Below, piece after piece: positions 39,995 to 53,140 of a stretch of DNA of 64,000 nt. Position 1 is the stretch's first letter; each line of letters starts with the position of its first letter. The translations under genes and the position numbers were made by a program. The notes beneath the pieces were generated by a model. The model ran no database searches and was not told the DNA's origin. It worked only from the letters and a program-made list of their open reading frames with translations. Source of the stretch: the human T2T-CHM13v2.0 reference genome, Homo sapiens; the NCBI RefSeq assembly GCF_009914755.1, contig NC_060942.1. The stretch is one strand, 5' to 3'.

Positions 39995-40286
39995 TTTTAT
40001 TTACTGGACTCACAGTTCCACTTGGCTGAGGAGGCCTCAAAATCATGGTGAAAGGCAAAAGACATGTCTTAAATGGGGGCAGACAAGAATGAGAGCCAAG
40101 CAAAAGGGGTTTCCCCTTACAAAACCATCAGATCTCACGAGACTTACTAACCACCATGAGAACAGTGTGGGGAAACTGCCTCCATAATTCAATTATCTCC
40201 CACCAGGTCCCTCCCACAACATGCGGGAATTATGGGAGCTACAATTCAAGATGAGATTTGGGTGGGGACACAGCCAATCCATATCA
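39995..40286 (-). mobile_element. THE1 LTR (partial) nested in the ERV1
   Basis: ends acaattcaagatgagatttgggtggggacacagccaatccatatca, the reverse complement of the THE1 start. Confidence 0.9.
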
Positions 40287-42303
40287 CTAGGCTTATTATG
40301 CCTTTGTCTCAGAAAATAATGGTATTTAGGCTTGAAATTTGACTACAGTGAGCAACCTAGCTAACAACTGCTTAGGGCAATGAAACAGGTAATTGAAAGA
40401 GTGATAGTGTAAAGGGTGAAGAAGAGTTATTTGGAGACTGGCAAATGAAAAATCTTAATGATATTTCTAGGATACGTTTCTGTCTGTATGGCTGTGTATA
40501 TCTATATATGTCTGTATGTTATATATGCGTGATATTTTTCTAAAATTTATAAAGAGCTTTAATTGGCTTTAAAAAGTAATTTAAACATTTAAATCTATGT
40601 TAATTAGTATTTATGAAATGTCTGAGTAATTTTAAGTATGTTTAAACACTGAAACTAACTGCTATATATATACTTCGGCATCCTGTTTTTGTATGGTGCA
40701 AAGAAGCTACATATATTATATTTGGGTCTATTAGTTGAAAAAATATTTTTCTATGGGGAAGCCCCATATGTTGTTAGAAACTCTGAAATGTGTATACAGA
40801 AAGTGTTACTATATGACAGAAAGTTCAAAACTGCTTTACTTTACTTCCTAGGTTTTTAGTAGAAATTAAGATTACTAAGAGTTAAATATTCTAATGACTA
40901 TATGGTAACTGAAACTGGAAATAGTAGGGCAAATGACTCCATATTCGGGGAAAGTAAACACGTTTTTGGTAAGTGAAGCTATGAGGTATAAAAGATTTTT
41001 TTTTTTTTAAGAGAAAAAGAGTAATTTTTGTCCTAAAAGGACTGGTTGTTTCAAAATGAGAAAGAAGTATAAGGCCAATGATGAAAAGGATATTAGAAGG
41101 TTGTGGAGGATTTGTAGAACATGGATTTTGTGAAGGGAATTTTAGGTATGACCAAGCTGGCTAAAATTAGAATGGAATTATTTGTAAGGCTTTCTAAAAA
41201 TTGAACTTTACTATCAAAACTACACTGATGCAAAACTAGAACTTGGTCCTTTCTGTCAAAACAAATAGGTTTTCTTGAAGTATTTATTTGCTCTTAACAG
41301 GAAATGGTAAAAGGCTTTTATCTTTTAGGTAATTGGCCTAGGAAACAAAGATTCTATGTTTTATCACGATGAATCCTTGCGCTTCATTTTGTCTTTCTTA
41401 GGTCTTTGATTATGTAAGAAAACTGGGTCCTCTCTATTAAAAATAAGACTTTTCCTACAATTATGTAACTTTCTTTATTTGTCTTTGAAGTCTTTAATGA
41501 TCACTCTGGCTAAATAAACGACTATTATTTCACAGTGACCTGTGATCCCATTTTGATCAAGTGTTTTAAACCTTTGATCAAACTTCCCAAAAGGAAATTC
41601 TAACAAACTTCCCAAAAGGAAATTCTAAATTAAGACTTTTTGCCTTAGAATTAACTCTGGAATTTTCCTATTGAGTCCCTGAAACCCTCCAAAAATGTGT
41701 CTCTCCTCTTGTAAAAGAGATATACTCAACTAATTAAGGTTATTTGATATATTAAGTTATATGGGAAGCACTGTCAAATAAAAGTGATTCTAAACCTTGA
41801 ATTATATTTGCATGGATATGTTATTGGTATGTTCCAGAAACTGTATAAAATTCTTAGAAATCCGATGTTAGCCATAATTTTGGTTATTGTGTTGAATTAT
41901 TGTATGACACAGAAATAACCAAATTTCCTTGTCAACGGCATCATTATTTTAAGGAGCTCTAATCAGATCTTTAACCAGGACCATTTGAAGTCTTGTCATT
42001 CACAGATGGTTATGTACTCTGGTACATTCCTGAGCAAGTATAAATATTTCATCTTCAAGGAGGTTCATGGAAAGAACTCTGACAAGTACAAGTTTCTGAT
42101 AATTTTAAGAACCTATCATTGGACTGGGTAAGAATTCTCAGAAATCTAATGAAGAAACTGATTTGTTTTATAAAACTGCTAAATGAACATCAAGCAGAAC
42201 AAGAATTATTTAAATACCAAGGAAATGCTTTGGCAGACTTTCATGCTAAAATTACTGAAATTTCATGCTAAAAGTACTGAAATTGCTAAGAAATGAAATT
42301 TGA

Positions 42304-42600
42304 GGCCAGGCAAGGTGGCTCACGCCTGTAATCCCAACACTTCAGGAGGCTGAGGTGGGCGGATCACTCAGGGTCAGAAGTTTGAGACCAGCCTGGTCAA
42401 TGTGGTGAAATCCTGTCTCTACTAAAGCAATACAAAAATCAGCTGGGCATGGTGGTGTGCACCTGTAATCCCAGCTACTGGGTAGTCGAGGCAGGAGAAT
42501 TGCTTGAACCCGGGAGGCGGCAGTTGCAGTGAGCCAAGATCATGCTGCCGCACTGCAGCCTGGGTGACAGGGCAAGACTCTGTCTCAAAAAAAAAAAAAA
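42304..42600 (+). mobile_element. AluS nested in the ERV1
   Basis: Dimeric Alu; TSD gaaatttga. Confidence 0.95.
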
Positions 42601-44264
42601 GAAATTTGAATAAACTGTTAGATTGATCAAGGTCAAATTACCTATGATAACTTATTTATTAATAGTAAGCAGTCGAATGCACCTGAATTGGACAATCGAA
42701 GTTGGTATTTAAGAGGATATAAATCCAGTATTAAGTGTAGGCTCATGAAGAACCTGAACAGTTGCCTGGTCTTGAGTTCTTAAAGTTTCCATTATTAAAA
42801 GTTCTATACTTCATCACTCATCATGGAGTAGAAAAAATAATACAAGTCATGGAAAAAATATTGGTTTGGTGATTGTTCTAGAATTGCTAAGGTGGTTTGT
42901 GACCCCTGTTTGGTTTTTCAAACCCATCATCTTGGGAAGATAATCAAAACTTCAAGTCATATAATTCTGCTATCTGATGGACCATTTACACATGTATTTC
43001 ATTCAGTTACCATTTCAATGGGATGTAAATATGTTCTTGTAACAGTGTTCTCTGGTTGGATCAAAGCAGTACATGCAGGAAAGCCAATACAATAACAGTA
43101 AAACCTCATGTATCACCCATTCTTATAAACTTTGATACCAAGGCATATTTTTATAGCTAAAACAAGCCTTTCATAATCCATTGATGACAATCTGACCTTT
43201 GGTGATCTGGAACCCAAAGACTGGATCTTTTGGACAAGACATGACAGAGAGAGACAGAGAGAGAGACTGCTCTTGAATCCCAGTGGGAGGGACCATAGAG
43301 TTCTTCTCCCCGTATATTGCAGTAAAGCTTAGGACCTTGCCTTGGTTCAAGGTTAAAATGGCCCCTCCAGGCTCACGCAACTGTATACCTATTGAAGACT
43401 TTAAGGTAAAGCTGATTAGGGAAAAGTTTCCCTAGGAACAGATGACATTTTAGCCTGGATGGTGTTTTCTAAGAAATCAGAACAAAACTCTTCATCAAAA
43501 TGTGACTTTTATCCCTCTTAATTTTTCCTTGTTTATGCCTACTTTTTTCACTTGGAACTTAGAACTTTATAACCAGTATGAAATGTCGGATCTGTTATGA
43601 TCTCAGAGATTCCTTAGTATACTTAGTGTTAATATTAGCAACATCCCTAATCCGACTGTTTATTTAAATTTTCTTAGTGTTCTGTTTTATAGATTTGGAC
43701 TTCTAGACCCACTTATTTTCACTTCCTGCTTTGATTTGGCCCAGTCATGGAACGCTAGATTGCTTATTGGCTAAGTAGGAGTCTGTGCAGTTGCTAGTAT
43801 TTTTTGTTGTGCATAAATATCTTAAGTATTGTAGACACTTGGTTACAAAACAATTAAAAGAAACAGGCTATTTGGTTAAAACAGGTGAACTCCTCATGTA
43901 GCTTATCTATTTGATTTTAGTTGGTTTGATTTTAGTTGGTTTGATTTATGGGGGCCCTTGCTAAGGCACTAACTCCAAACTCTTGGTATTATCCTCCTGA
44001 GAGTCATAATGGCAATCTCCCTGGGTATGCTGTACTTTCTCAAAAGTTTTAAATGTTTGCCTATAACCAACCATCAAACACCAAATGGTCTCTTTGGTTG
44101 GAATGACAAAAACCCAAGGAAATGCATGAACATGATGACACTGTAACTTATGAATAACAGGTTAAGACTGGAAATGTAAAATGATAAGAATTGAGAGTAG
44201 CACTGATGACCTAAGTTGTGGTCATACTCTCACCTAAGTGACAGCCTGACCAAAAAGGGGGAAA

Positions 44265-44628
44265 TACCATTGATTTGGACTAGGCTCCTGTACTTAGTCC
44301 AACAGACCAAACTAATATGGAGTCATTCATGCTAAAGGAAACTAATTAACTTAGGAGTATACTCATGAGACAAGTAGCTGGGTTTCAGATAGTTAACAGC
44401 CCCTGAGCTTTAGTTAATCATAGGCAGCCAACTAATTCAAATAAGATTATAACCAATTAAACTCTATAACTAACTTCCATTTTCTATCCATAAATACTGT
44501 CTGACCAAGTTGCAGCCCCAGAGTTCTCCGAACCTGTTCTGGTTCTGAGGGCTGCCCAACTCTAGAATTGTGAATAAAAGCCAGTTAAGATCTTTGAATA
44601 AAATTTGTTGTGATTTTATCTTTTGACA
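44265..44628 (+). mobile_element. 3' LTR of the ERV1 provirus
   Basis: Follows the PPT; aataaa near 44574; ends ttttgaca; 4-bp flanks caca (38347-38350) and cata (44629-44632). Confidence 0.85.
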
Positions 44629-44719
44629 CATACACATAGGTATGCAGATATGCAAGCATATTTATGTATGTTTCATATATGTGTAAATGTATGTATATTA
44701 TATATCTGAACACACACAT

Positions 44720-45960
44720 ACACATTTGTTTGAATCAGATTCCAATGAGATTGGTTGATAGGTCTCTTCTTTAATCTATGTATTCTTCATCCTCTTTTTC
44801 CTTTCAAACTTTTTTGTGGAAGAAACTGGATCATTTGTCCTACATTTTCCCCTGCGATCTAGATTTTGCAGATTCAAATTCTCTAATTTCATGTAATATG
44901 ATCCTCTGCACTCTGTATTACTTAGAAGCTGGCACATCTAGAAGTTTGATCAGACCCTGGTTTTTTTTTTGGCAAACAAGTTCCTATCAGGAGTACATAA
45001 CAACGCATAACAGATAGTCTTCCTTTTAGTCACTGATGATCATCACTTAGATCCACTATTTCAATAAGAGATGCAAATTTCTATAATTCCTCCTTTACTT
45101 ATCATCATCATTATTATTATTTTTGAGACAGAGTCTCACTCTTTTGCCCAATCTGGAGTGTAGTGGCACAATCTCGGTTCACTGCACTCTCTGCCTCCCA
45201 GGTTCAAGCAATTCTCCTGCCTCAGCTTCCGTGTAGCTGGGACTACAGGCGCGTGCTACCATACCCAGCTAATTTTTCATATTTTTAGTAGAGACGAGGT
45301 TTCACCATGTTGGTCAGGCTGGTCTCGAGCTCCTGAACTCAAATGATCTGCCTGGCTCAGCCTCCCAAAGTCCTGAGATTACAGGCATGAGCCACTGCGC
45401 CTAGCCCCTTCTTTACTTATTAACTGCAGTATTTCTTTACAGAAGAACCTGCCTATCTAATATAGTTACCCTAAAGTACAGTCATTCTAGAAAAAGCAAA
45501 ACAAGCACTTGATTCTTTCTCTTTATCTTTTTCAAAACCATAAACAAAATGGGATAGGTTTTGTTCCTCATCTTCAATTAGTAACCTTGTTAGTAACTAA
45601 GTTGGCTTAGTTTTGGGAGACCATTTGGTAAGACTAGTAATCTTGTAAGATAACATGATATTCCAGGTCATCTCATATACTTCCTGCCTTGGACATGGAA
45701 CCAGCCATTTCTTTAAAGAACCCTGGCTCCTTCTGGTGAACCTCAGTATGGACCCTCAGGGTATTCACTGCTATTGGATACTCATTGTTTTCGGGCATTT
45801 CCAAAGGATAAATCAACAAAATCAGCATTTTAAAAAAATAAATCATTTTGCTACTTCTCATGCAAATTCATTTTTTTACTTAATCATACCAATCTTACAC
45901 CTCTGTGTTTCTTCCAAAACTAGCACTAACACTAAAAATGACTGTGAGACAAGTTAAACT
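44720..45960 (-). mobile_element. Old L1M (L1MC-like) 3'UTR, interrupted by an Alu; continues left of the ERV at ~38260-38346
   Basis: tttgtttgaatcagattcca...ttggttgataggtctct and ttccaggtcatctcatatacttcctgcc...cagccatttc..aagaaccctggctcctt. Confidence 0.65.
45111..45406 (-). mobile_element. AluS
   Basis: Antisense dimeric Alu; TSD cct(c/t)ctttacttat. Confidence 0.95.
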
Positions 45961-46281
45961 TTCTTTTGCCTTTTTTTGAACTTCAATGTATATCCCACTA
46001 AGGTTGTACTATATAGTTAAAATTTCTGTGACATAACATCATTTAAAATGGTTCTTCTCAGTGTGGCCATGTATACCAGCAACATGATTTACATTGGGAC
46101 TTATATATTGTACTTTTACTAGTTGTCTTCATTATCTTGGTTTTGTTTTAAACTTAAAGCAAAATTTGTACACATTTCCACAGTCAAGTCCACAAAACAC
46201 CCTCCTTTCCACAAACAGGAAGCATTGTTTATTAAGTGTACTTCCCTCTTCTGTGCTGTTTTCACTTAAAACTTTATCCTA

Positions 46282-46550
46282 GGCTGGGCATGGTGGCTCA
46301 TGCCTGAAATCAAGCACTTTGGGAGGCCGAGACAGATAGACAACTTGAGGTCAGGAGTTTGAGACCAGCCTAGCCAACACGATGAAACCCCATCTTTACT
46401 AAAGAAATACAAAAATCAGCCGAGCGTGGTGGCATGTGCCTATAACCTCAGCTACTTGGGAGTGGTTGCAGTGAGCCAAGATTGTGCCACTGCACTCCAG
46501 TCTGGGACACAGAGCACGACTCCGTCTCAAAAAACCCAAAAGCAAACAAA
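46282..46550 (+). mobile_element. AluS with internal right-arm deletion
   Basis: gctacttgggag|tggttgcagtgagcc lacks the gctgaggcaggagaat... block; TSD actttatccta. Confidence 0.92.
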
Positions 46551-46563
46551 TACTTTATCCTAG

Positions 46564-46911
46564 CACATGAGTCTGTTCTCACACTGCTAATAAAAACATA
46601 CTCAAAATTGGATAATGTCTAAAGGGAAGAGGTTTAATTGACTCACAGTTCAACATGGCTGGGGAGGACTCACAATCATGGCAGAAGGCGAAGGAATGTC
46701 TTACATGGCGGCAGGCAAGATAGCATGTGCAGGGGAACTCCCCTTTATAAAACCATCAGATCTCATGAGACTTACTATCATGAGAATATCAAGGGAAAAA
46801 CCTGCCCCATGATTCAATTACCTCCCACCTGGTCCCTCCCATGACACATGGGGGTTATGGGAACTACAATTCAAGATGAGATTTGGGCAGGGACACGGCC
46901 AAACCGTATCA
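46564..46911 (-). mobile_element. THE1 solo LTR
   Basis: Full antisense THE1 LTR; 5-bp TSD cctag at 46559 and 46912. Confidence 0.92.
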
Positions 46912-46919
46912 CCTAGAGA

Positions 46920-47095
46920 TCTCTCCACAGCAATTTGTACACAGCCCTCATTCCTTTTGACAGCCACATAGTACTTCCTTAGATGGATGTACCACATATA
47001 CCATAATCTATTCAAGCAATTCCTGGTTCAAAATCATTTGGTTTGCTCCAGTCTTTAAGTTTTACAAACAGATACAATGAACAGCCTTATTTTTT
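46920..47095 (-). mobile_element. Old L1M fragment
   Basis: cattccttttgacagccacatagtacttcc..agatggatgtaccacat. Confidence 0.6.
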
Positions 47096-47611
47096 GCAAT
47101 AAATTTTTGAGGTATTTAATATTTTTCTAGCCATTTATCTCTTTTTAAAAATTGAAAAGTGGCTAAAATTATTTCAAAAGAAAGAGAATATAATGCAATA
47201 GGAAAGACTACTGGTAAATATTTATTAATTTGTCCAATAAATGAAACAATCTGTCAATTTTCCAACAGAAAACATATAACTTCTTCAACTAATTAAGTAG
47301 AATTTATAATCCAATATATTCAGCTGGAGTCAATAATAGAGTTTTGCCTGTCCTGTCTTCATTATTTTTATAGCATACTATAGATGAAAACTGTTATTTC
47401 CAAGTGTTTTTAAAACAATAAAACTATTTTTATAACAGCCCTTATTCTGTGAGTCAAGTAATCCATGCTGTGCAACTGAGTTCATGATGCAAATATTCAC
47501 CACACTAACATAAAATCAGGCAACTGCATATATTAAAACTTTCCAAATTTTAATGATGCAACATTAAGAAAAATGGAATGAACTATCACCAGTTGAGAAA
47601 TACACCGTCCA

Positions 47612-47915
<304 letters not shown>

Positions 47916-49189
47916 CTAATATGCTCCCAAACTGTTAAAACTATGTTATAATAGCATTTTTAAAAAGCAGTAATTTAAACGTAGCTACTTAAACATTAGA
48001 TATAAGTAGCACTGTATGTCCTCATAAGTCTTTGTTATGGTGATTTTTTTATAATAAAAGTATATAGCTTTGTAAAATCCTATTTGTTGCATTAAAAACT
48101 ATTTGGGAAAAAAAATTATTATGGGACAAAAGAAATGCTTATACTGCTTTTCTTGTATCTTGAAGCTTAACCATTTTACTGAACATTTCACATTACTACT
48201 GGAACATATTCACCAATTGGTGTTTAAAAACAAAACAAAGTGGGTAGAGGAGTCAACAACCAACAATGCAGGAAGTAGATTAACTAAAGGCAGAAGAATA
48301 ACACACTGTTTCAGGGAATGAGAAGAGACGGTTCCTTTGAGGAATTGTTCTGTGAAGGCTATGGAAGTCTTTCTCAGCTGGAGCAAAGAAAAATAGGGAA
48401 TTCTGGCAGGTTATTTATAGTGGCACACACCCACAACTTCAGCCCATCTCTGTCAGCCATTGTGTAGAGCACTAAAGCATCATTAACACATCCTAATAAA
48501 AACTTTTCACAGGGGCTCCCTTTCTCATCAACATGCAAAACTAAATGTCAGCAGGAGGCCCATAGCTTCAGGAAGCCATAAAGTGAAGTTTGAACCCGGT
48601 AATGATCTACAGCAGGGTGTCTGCAGAGACAAATTTTCTTGGTTAGGACAGATGTGACAGCATAACTGTGTATGTAAAACTTCATACCATTTAAACTACA
48701 TATCCTGGGATTTGTAGACAAAAGTATCCTCTTTCATGCTTCAGAAAGTTATGAACAGGCTTTTCTATATTTTCTTCTTCAAGCCACTTCAAAATATTAT
48801 TGGCTACTGTCTATATTCTGTAATCTTCAAAAATCACCAGCAGCACAGTATATTGCAAATAATAACCAGCCCCAATTTATTCTACCTTTAAGATCGACTT
48901 AGACACAGGAAAAGGTAATAGAATATTTATTGCCTGCCTGCAAGGCGTTAACAACCAAAACAAGTTAAAATATATGCTGTCCTTCATTTATTTCTCCAGA
49001 CATGTCTGGATGAGAAACATCTGGAAATCTCTTAAAACTATGAATTCCTCAAAAGAGGGGGGGGTAGGTGGGGATGGAAAGAGATTTTTCTCTCTTCTGT
49101 CTCAAAATGACTCCCATCTCTAAACATGGTATCTGTATGGAGGCAATCCCTGGGGAGTGGGAAATTTTTCTCATCTCTTTTTAAAAATT

Positions 49190-49349
49190 TTATTAACAGT
49201 TTATTTTTTTAAGAGATAGGGTCTCACTCTGTCACCCAGGCTAGATGCCCAGGCAGTCTCTCACCCTGAAACTCCTGGGCTCAAGCAATCCCCTCTTGCC
49301 TCACCCTCCCAAGCAGCTAGGACTACAGGTGTGTACCACCACACCTGGC
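49190..49349 (-). mobile_element. Old Alu monomer (FRAM/AluJ right-arm-like)
   Basis: agagatagggtctcactctgtcacccaggct...actcctgggctcaagcaatcc...gactacaggtgtgtaccaccacacctggc. Confidence 0.8.
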
Positions 49350-52119
49350 ATCCTCTTTTCTTTCACTGGCTTCCTGAACTTCATTTTTCCATGAGGCATC
49401 AGCCAAAGCCTATGGGGTCATACCAGCCAGTGGGGAGAAAGGAAATACAAGAGTGGCAAAATAAGAAAAAATAAAAAATAAAATAGGTATAGAGACTAAA
49501 ACAGAATGATGGGGATGAATGGAACTGGCCACCTACCCCCAGTTCTGAGGTGGTTTAAAGAAATGCGAACAAAAAAGCCCCAATTAAAAAAAAAAAACAA
49601 CTGGAGCCCTATTTAACAAAAGTATGAACTATAAAGTGAACAGTCACTTAAAATGAGAAAATAAATCACCAATGTTACTGGAGCCTTGAGAGAATCAGGT
49701 CCCCTTCTTCGGAGATCTCTTGAGAAAATTTACCAGAAATGTTTTCAAATTGCAACCTTGCTTCTACTCTCCTCCTAGGACACTTAACATAATTTCCAGC
49801 AAACCCCATTACTCAGGGCCTGAAAGTGAGGGTCCTGAACCTTGAACTTCCCTAGCTTCATGATAAGCCTGCCTCTCTCAGCTTGTCCTTTCCAAGGACC
49901 ATAAATTTTCCCTTTCCTTCCCCAAAGCTGCTTACCATCATAAGATTTCTCATGCCCAAGGAAGTCACAAATGAAGCTGTGGTACAAGTCAAGTGCCATG
50001 CTCAGTGGCTACTAAAAAACTCTAGATTCACAGTAACTATCCCAGTTTGTAGCTCACTGTAATACTCTTCAGTCCTTCTGATAAAGGGCAACTCTTGGGA
50101 ACTGAGCCAGAAACTCATTCACCAAGGGTTTTTATCCCCTGTTGACATTTCATTGTTAAGAGATGTGACAAGATCTAAGCCAAGATCTAAGCTAGGGTCC
50201 CAACTCTATCAGGCATCACAGCTGATAACCTATACAACATAACACTCGTATATCAGGATACAAGTGGTAGGGTGATGGACGAGTATCCAAAACAGAATTT
50301 TAATTACCAAAGAAGTAATTAACAAAAACGGCACTTGGTTCACTACATGTTAACAAGAATCCCTTCTATAGCAACTGTAATAAAAAGATTTTTCAAAAGG
50401 ACTGCTTTTTCAACAATATATGCTTCCATCTCCTAATATGGAAGAGGGATTACTCCTCTACATTCCCAGACACTAACTCAAGTGCCAGGAATGCTACACT
50501 GATAATCCAGTCATTGTCAACCTTCAAGGAAATCCATGGTAACTAGCCGTAGAATTGGTTTCTTGTTTGCCCAGAGTCCTGACTTTGTAAGAAATGTTAC
50601 ATCATCCCTTTTTTCCTCTCTCATTGTCATCTTTATCATCATTATCATCCTGTCTAATTCTCCAATATTAAATTCTGCAGGAGAACATAACCAATGATAT
50701 CTGAGAAGTATACGAAGATCTCAGTAGTCCCTTAGGTATGAGGTGATACAGCACCCTTTATTTCTTATTGGCAACACCAAACTTAAATGCTAGGGGTTCT
50801 AAGAAGACCACAACATTAAATTGCACTCTCCCTGGGCTTTGAGGATTATCCACCCAGATATGTACCAATTCTGACAAAGAAAGCATCCTGGAGCTTTCTA
50901 GTGGAGGTGGAGCTAGGGGGATGACAGGTTTCTGGCTGCATTCTGTCATTCTCCCTATTTGTGCATCAAATATTCAAGAGCTGGCCACATTCTACGACTT
51001 GCGTGTTCATTTGTGTCACAATGCTCTCTGATAATAACCATTTGAAAAGTTGTTGGTAAGTACAAAACATGCATCTGAAATTACAATGGACTGAACTAAA
51101 CAATAATAAACAATATTTCAATTGCACACAGGAAGAAGAAAAAAACTAGCCAAAGCAGACACTTACTAAATATAAAATAATTGTACCTTCAAAATTAATT
51201 ACATATAAACTTCAAAATGCAAATATTTCATAAAGAGAAACACTGATTTTACATTATTAAAGTAAAACTTGGGTGTCTAATCAGAGTATTTTTAGATTTT
51301 AAGGTTGCCACCTTTAGCACAAGAGTTCGAACAAAGGCTCTTATGTTTAATGCATTAAGAATTAATTTTCAGAATAATTCTTGATAGGAATGCATGGAAT
51401 TGTATTGACAACCCCCTTCTCCAAATAGACCCCTTTTCACTTTTCAAAGGCAAAACTCTCCTTTTCTTACTGCCTATCAAGCAGACAAGCATGTAATTAA
51501 AACCATTTTACTAATTCTCTTTTTAGATTAGGTGCCACTGAAAAGCTGCTACAACTCTACTGTTGGAATAATGATTTCTATTATAGTCAAGCTGAATCTG
51601 AATTGTACAAAGGGTAAGTTTTACCACTGGATTAGATGGAAAAAAGTTAATCTGTAAATTACAAAAAAAAAAAAGGTTATTGTCACAATTTGAAATCCAC
51701 AATATGAGCACATTTAGTACTTACTAGACTCAACTCTTGCATCATTTATGTATATACTCCTCCAATGTGAAAGAATTGGCAAAACTCACAAAAGATAAAA
51801 ACCGAAAGTAAATTTTAAGTAAAACTCAAAATAAAACCCTAAAATAAGAACATATAGAAATTTAGTTTTCTATTTGGGTCTTTCTCCTCACAAACAAACC
51901 TATAAAAACAAAACTTCATAACGTACAGGGGAAAACAAACTCTATAAATGTACTAACAAATAGACTGCAGGGATTTATATACTTCCTGGTAATTAGCAGC
52001 TTATAAAAAAACCTTCACAAAATCTGAAAGTAAATATCTGCATGCTCATATAGATTATGAAATATATATTTTTGTGTTTTGGGTTTTGTTTACTTTTGGT
52101 TTATTTTCTAGTGTTACTG

Positions 52120-52578
52120 ACTAACAGCTTTATTCAGATAATTCACATATACAATTCACTCATTTAAAGTATATAATTCAATGGCTTTTAGTATATTCAC
52201 AGCTGTACATCTATTACCACAACCAATTTTAGAATGTTTTCTTTGCCCGAAAAGAAACTCTGCCCCTCACAGCCGTCATCTCCCATTCCACTCACCCCTC
52301 TCCCCAATCCCAATCCCCTACCACCCAACCTTAGGCAACTACTAATCTACCTTCTGTCTCTATAAGATTTACCTAAACATTTCATACAAATGGAATCATA
52401 CAATATGTGGTCCTTTGTGATTAGCTTCTTTCACTTAGCACAGTGTTTTCAAGTTTCATCCATGTAGTAGATGTATCAGTACTTCATTCCTGTTCATGAC
52501 TAAGTAATATTCCATTAGATGGATATACTGCATTTTATGTATCCATTCATTAGCTGATGGGCATTTGGGTTGTTTCCA
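52120..52578 (-). mobile_element. L1MB-like 3' end
   Basis: aacagctttattcagataattcacatat...tggaatcatacaatatgtggtcctttgtga...gggcatttgggttgtttcca. Confidence 0.88.
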
Positions 52579-52959
52579 ATTGATTCATTTTTTTAAACAG
52601 TATCTCTTATTTTGTTTTACTTTGTTGACTAAAAATATTCATCCAATCAAGGCATATAAAGCACCATCTCCTCAAAGTAAAATAATTTACTTTGTGTTCA
52701 AGACCATGGTCAAAAGTATTGAATGTCCCTTAGGGTCAAGTTTTAATATTCTTAAGTAAGGTATATCATCTTATGTGGGCCTCAAATTTTCTCATTTCTA
52801 TAATGATAAATTATCTAGTTATAATGAGACAAGACTATTTCTGAGTGTAAAGTTTTAACTATTTAGAAACTGATGTTTATAATGCAATGTAAGAATTATC
52901 AAAATAAAGCTGAATAAAACTCCAAATGTAGTACAGTGACACCAGTGTAAAACCACTCC

Positions 52960-53140
52960 ATAGGGAGAAAAACAGAATAATAAATATCCTGATCCTCCCC
53001 TCTTCCCTCCCTCCAATTCTGCCAAGGCTCTCACTGGCAAATCCTTCCGAAACACAAGGGAGGATCCCACCGCTGAGTCCATACAAATCAGCCTCCTGAA
53101 GCAAGGAGTAGATGCGAAAGAGCAAAGAGAAGATCCCCGA
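52960..53140. mobile_element. Old ERVL-type LTR fragment (LTR33-like)
   Basis: ctcactggcaaatcc...agtccatacaaatcagcctcctg...ggagtagatg resembles LTR33; family uncertain. Confidence 0.4.

Larger units (their letters stand above)
38701..44264 (+). mobile_element. ERV1 internal region, non-coding, with integrase and env-TM remnants
   Basis: 42892-43095 VCDPC..H..GK..GPF..KYVLV..FSGW (integrase); 43200-43350 W.FW..TALE..W.GP (integrase C-terminus); ~43778 GVCAVA..CC (env TM); PPT aaaaagggggaaa at 44252-44264. Confidence 0.85.

Noticed and set aside
50169-50192. caagatctaagc x2
   Set aside because: Isolated 12-bp slippage duplication; no array structure, not CRISPR-like.
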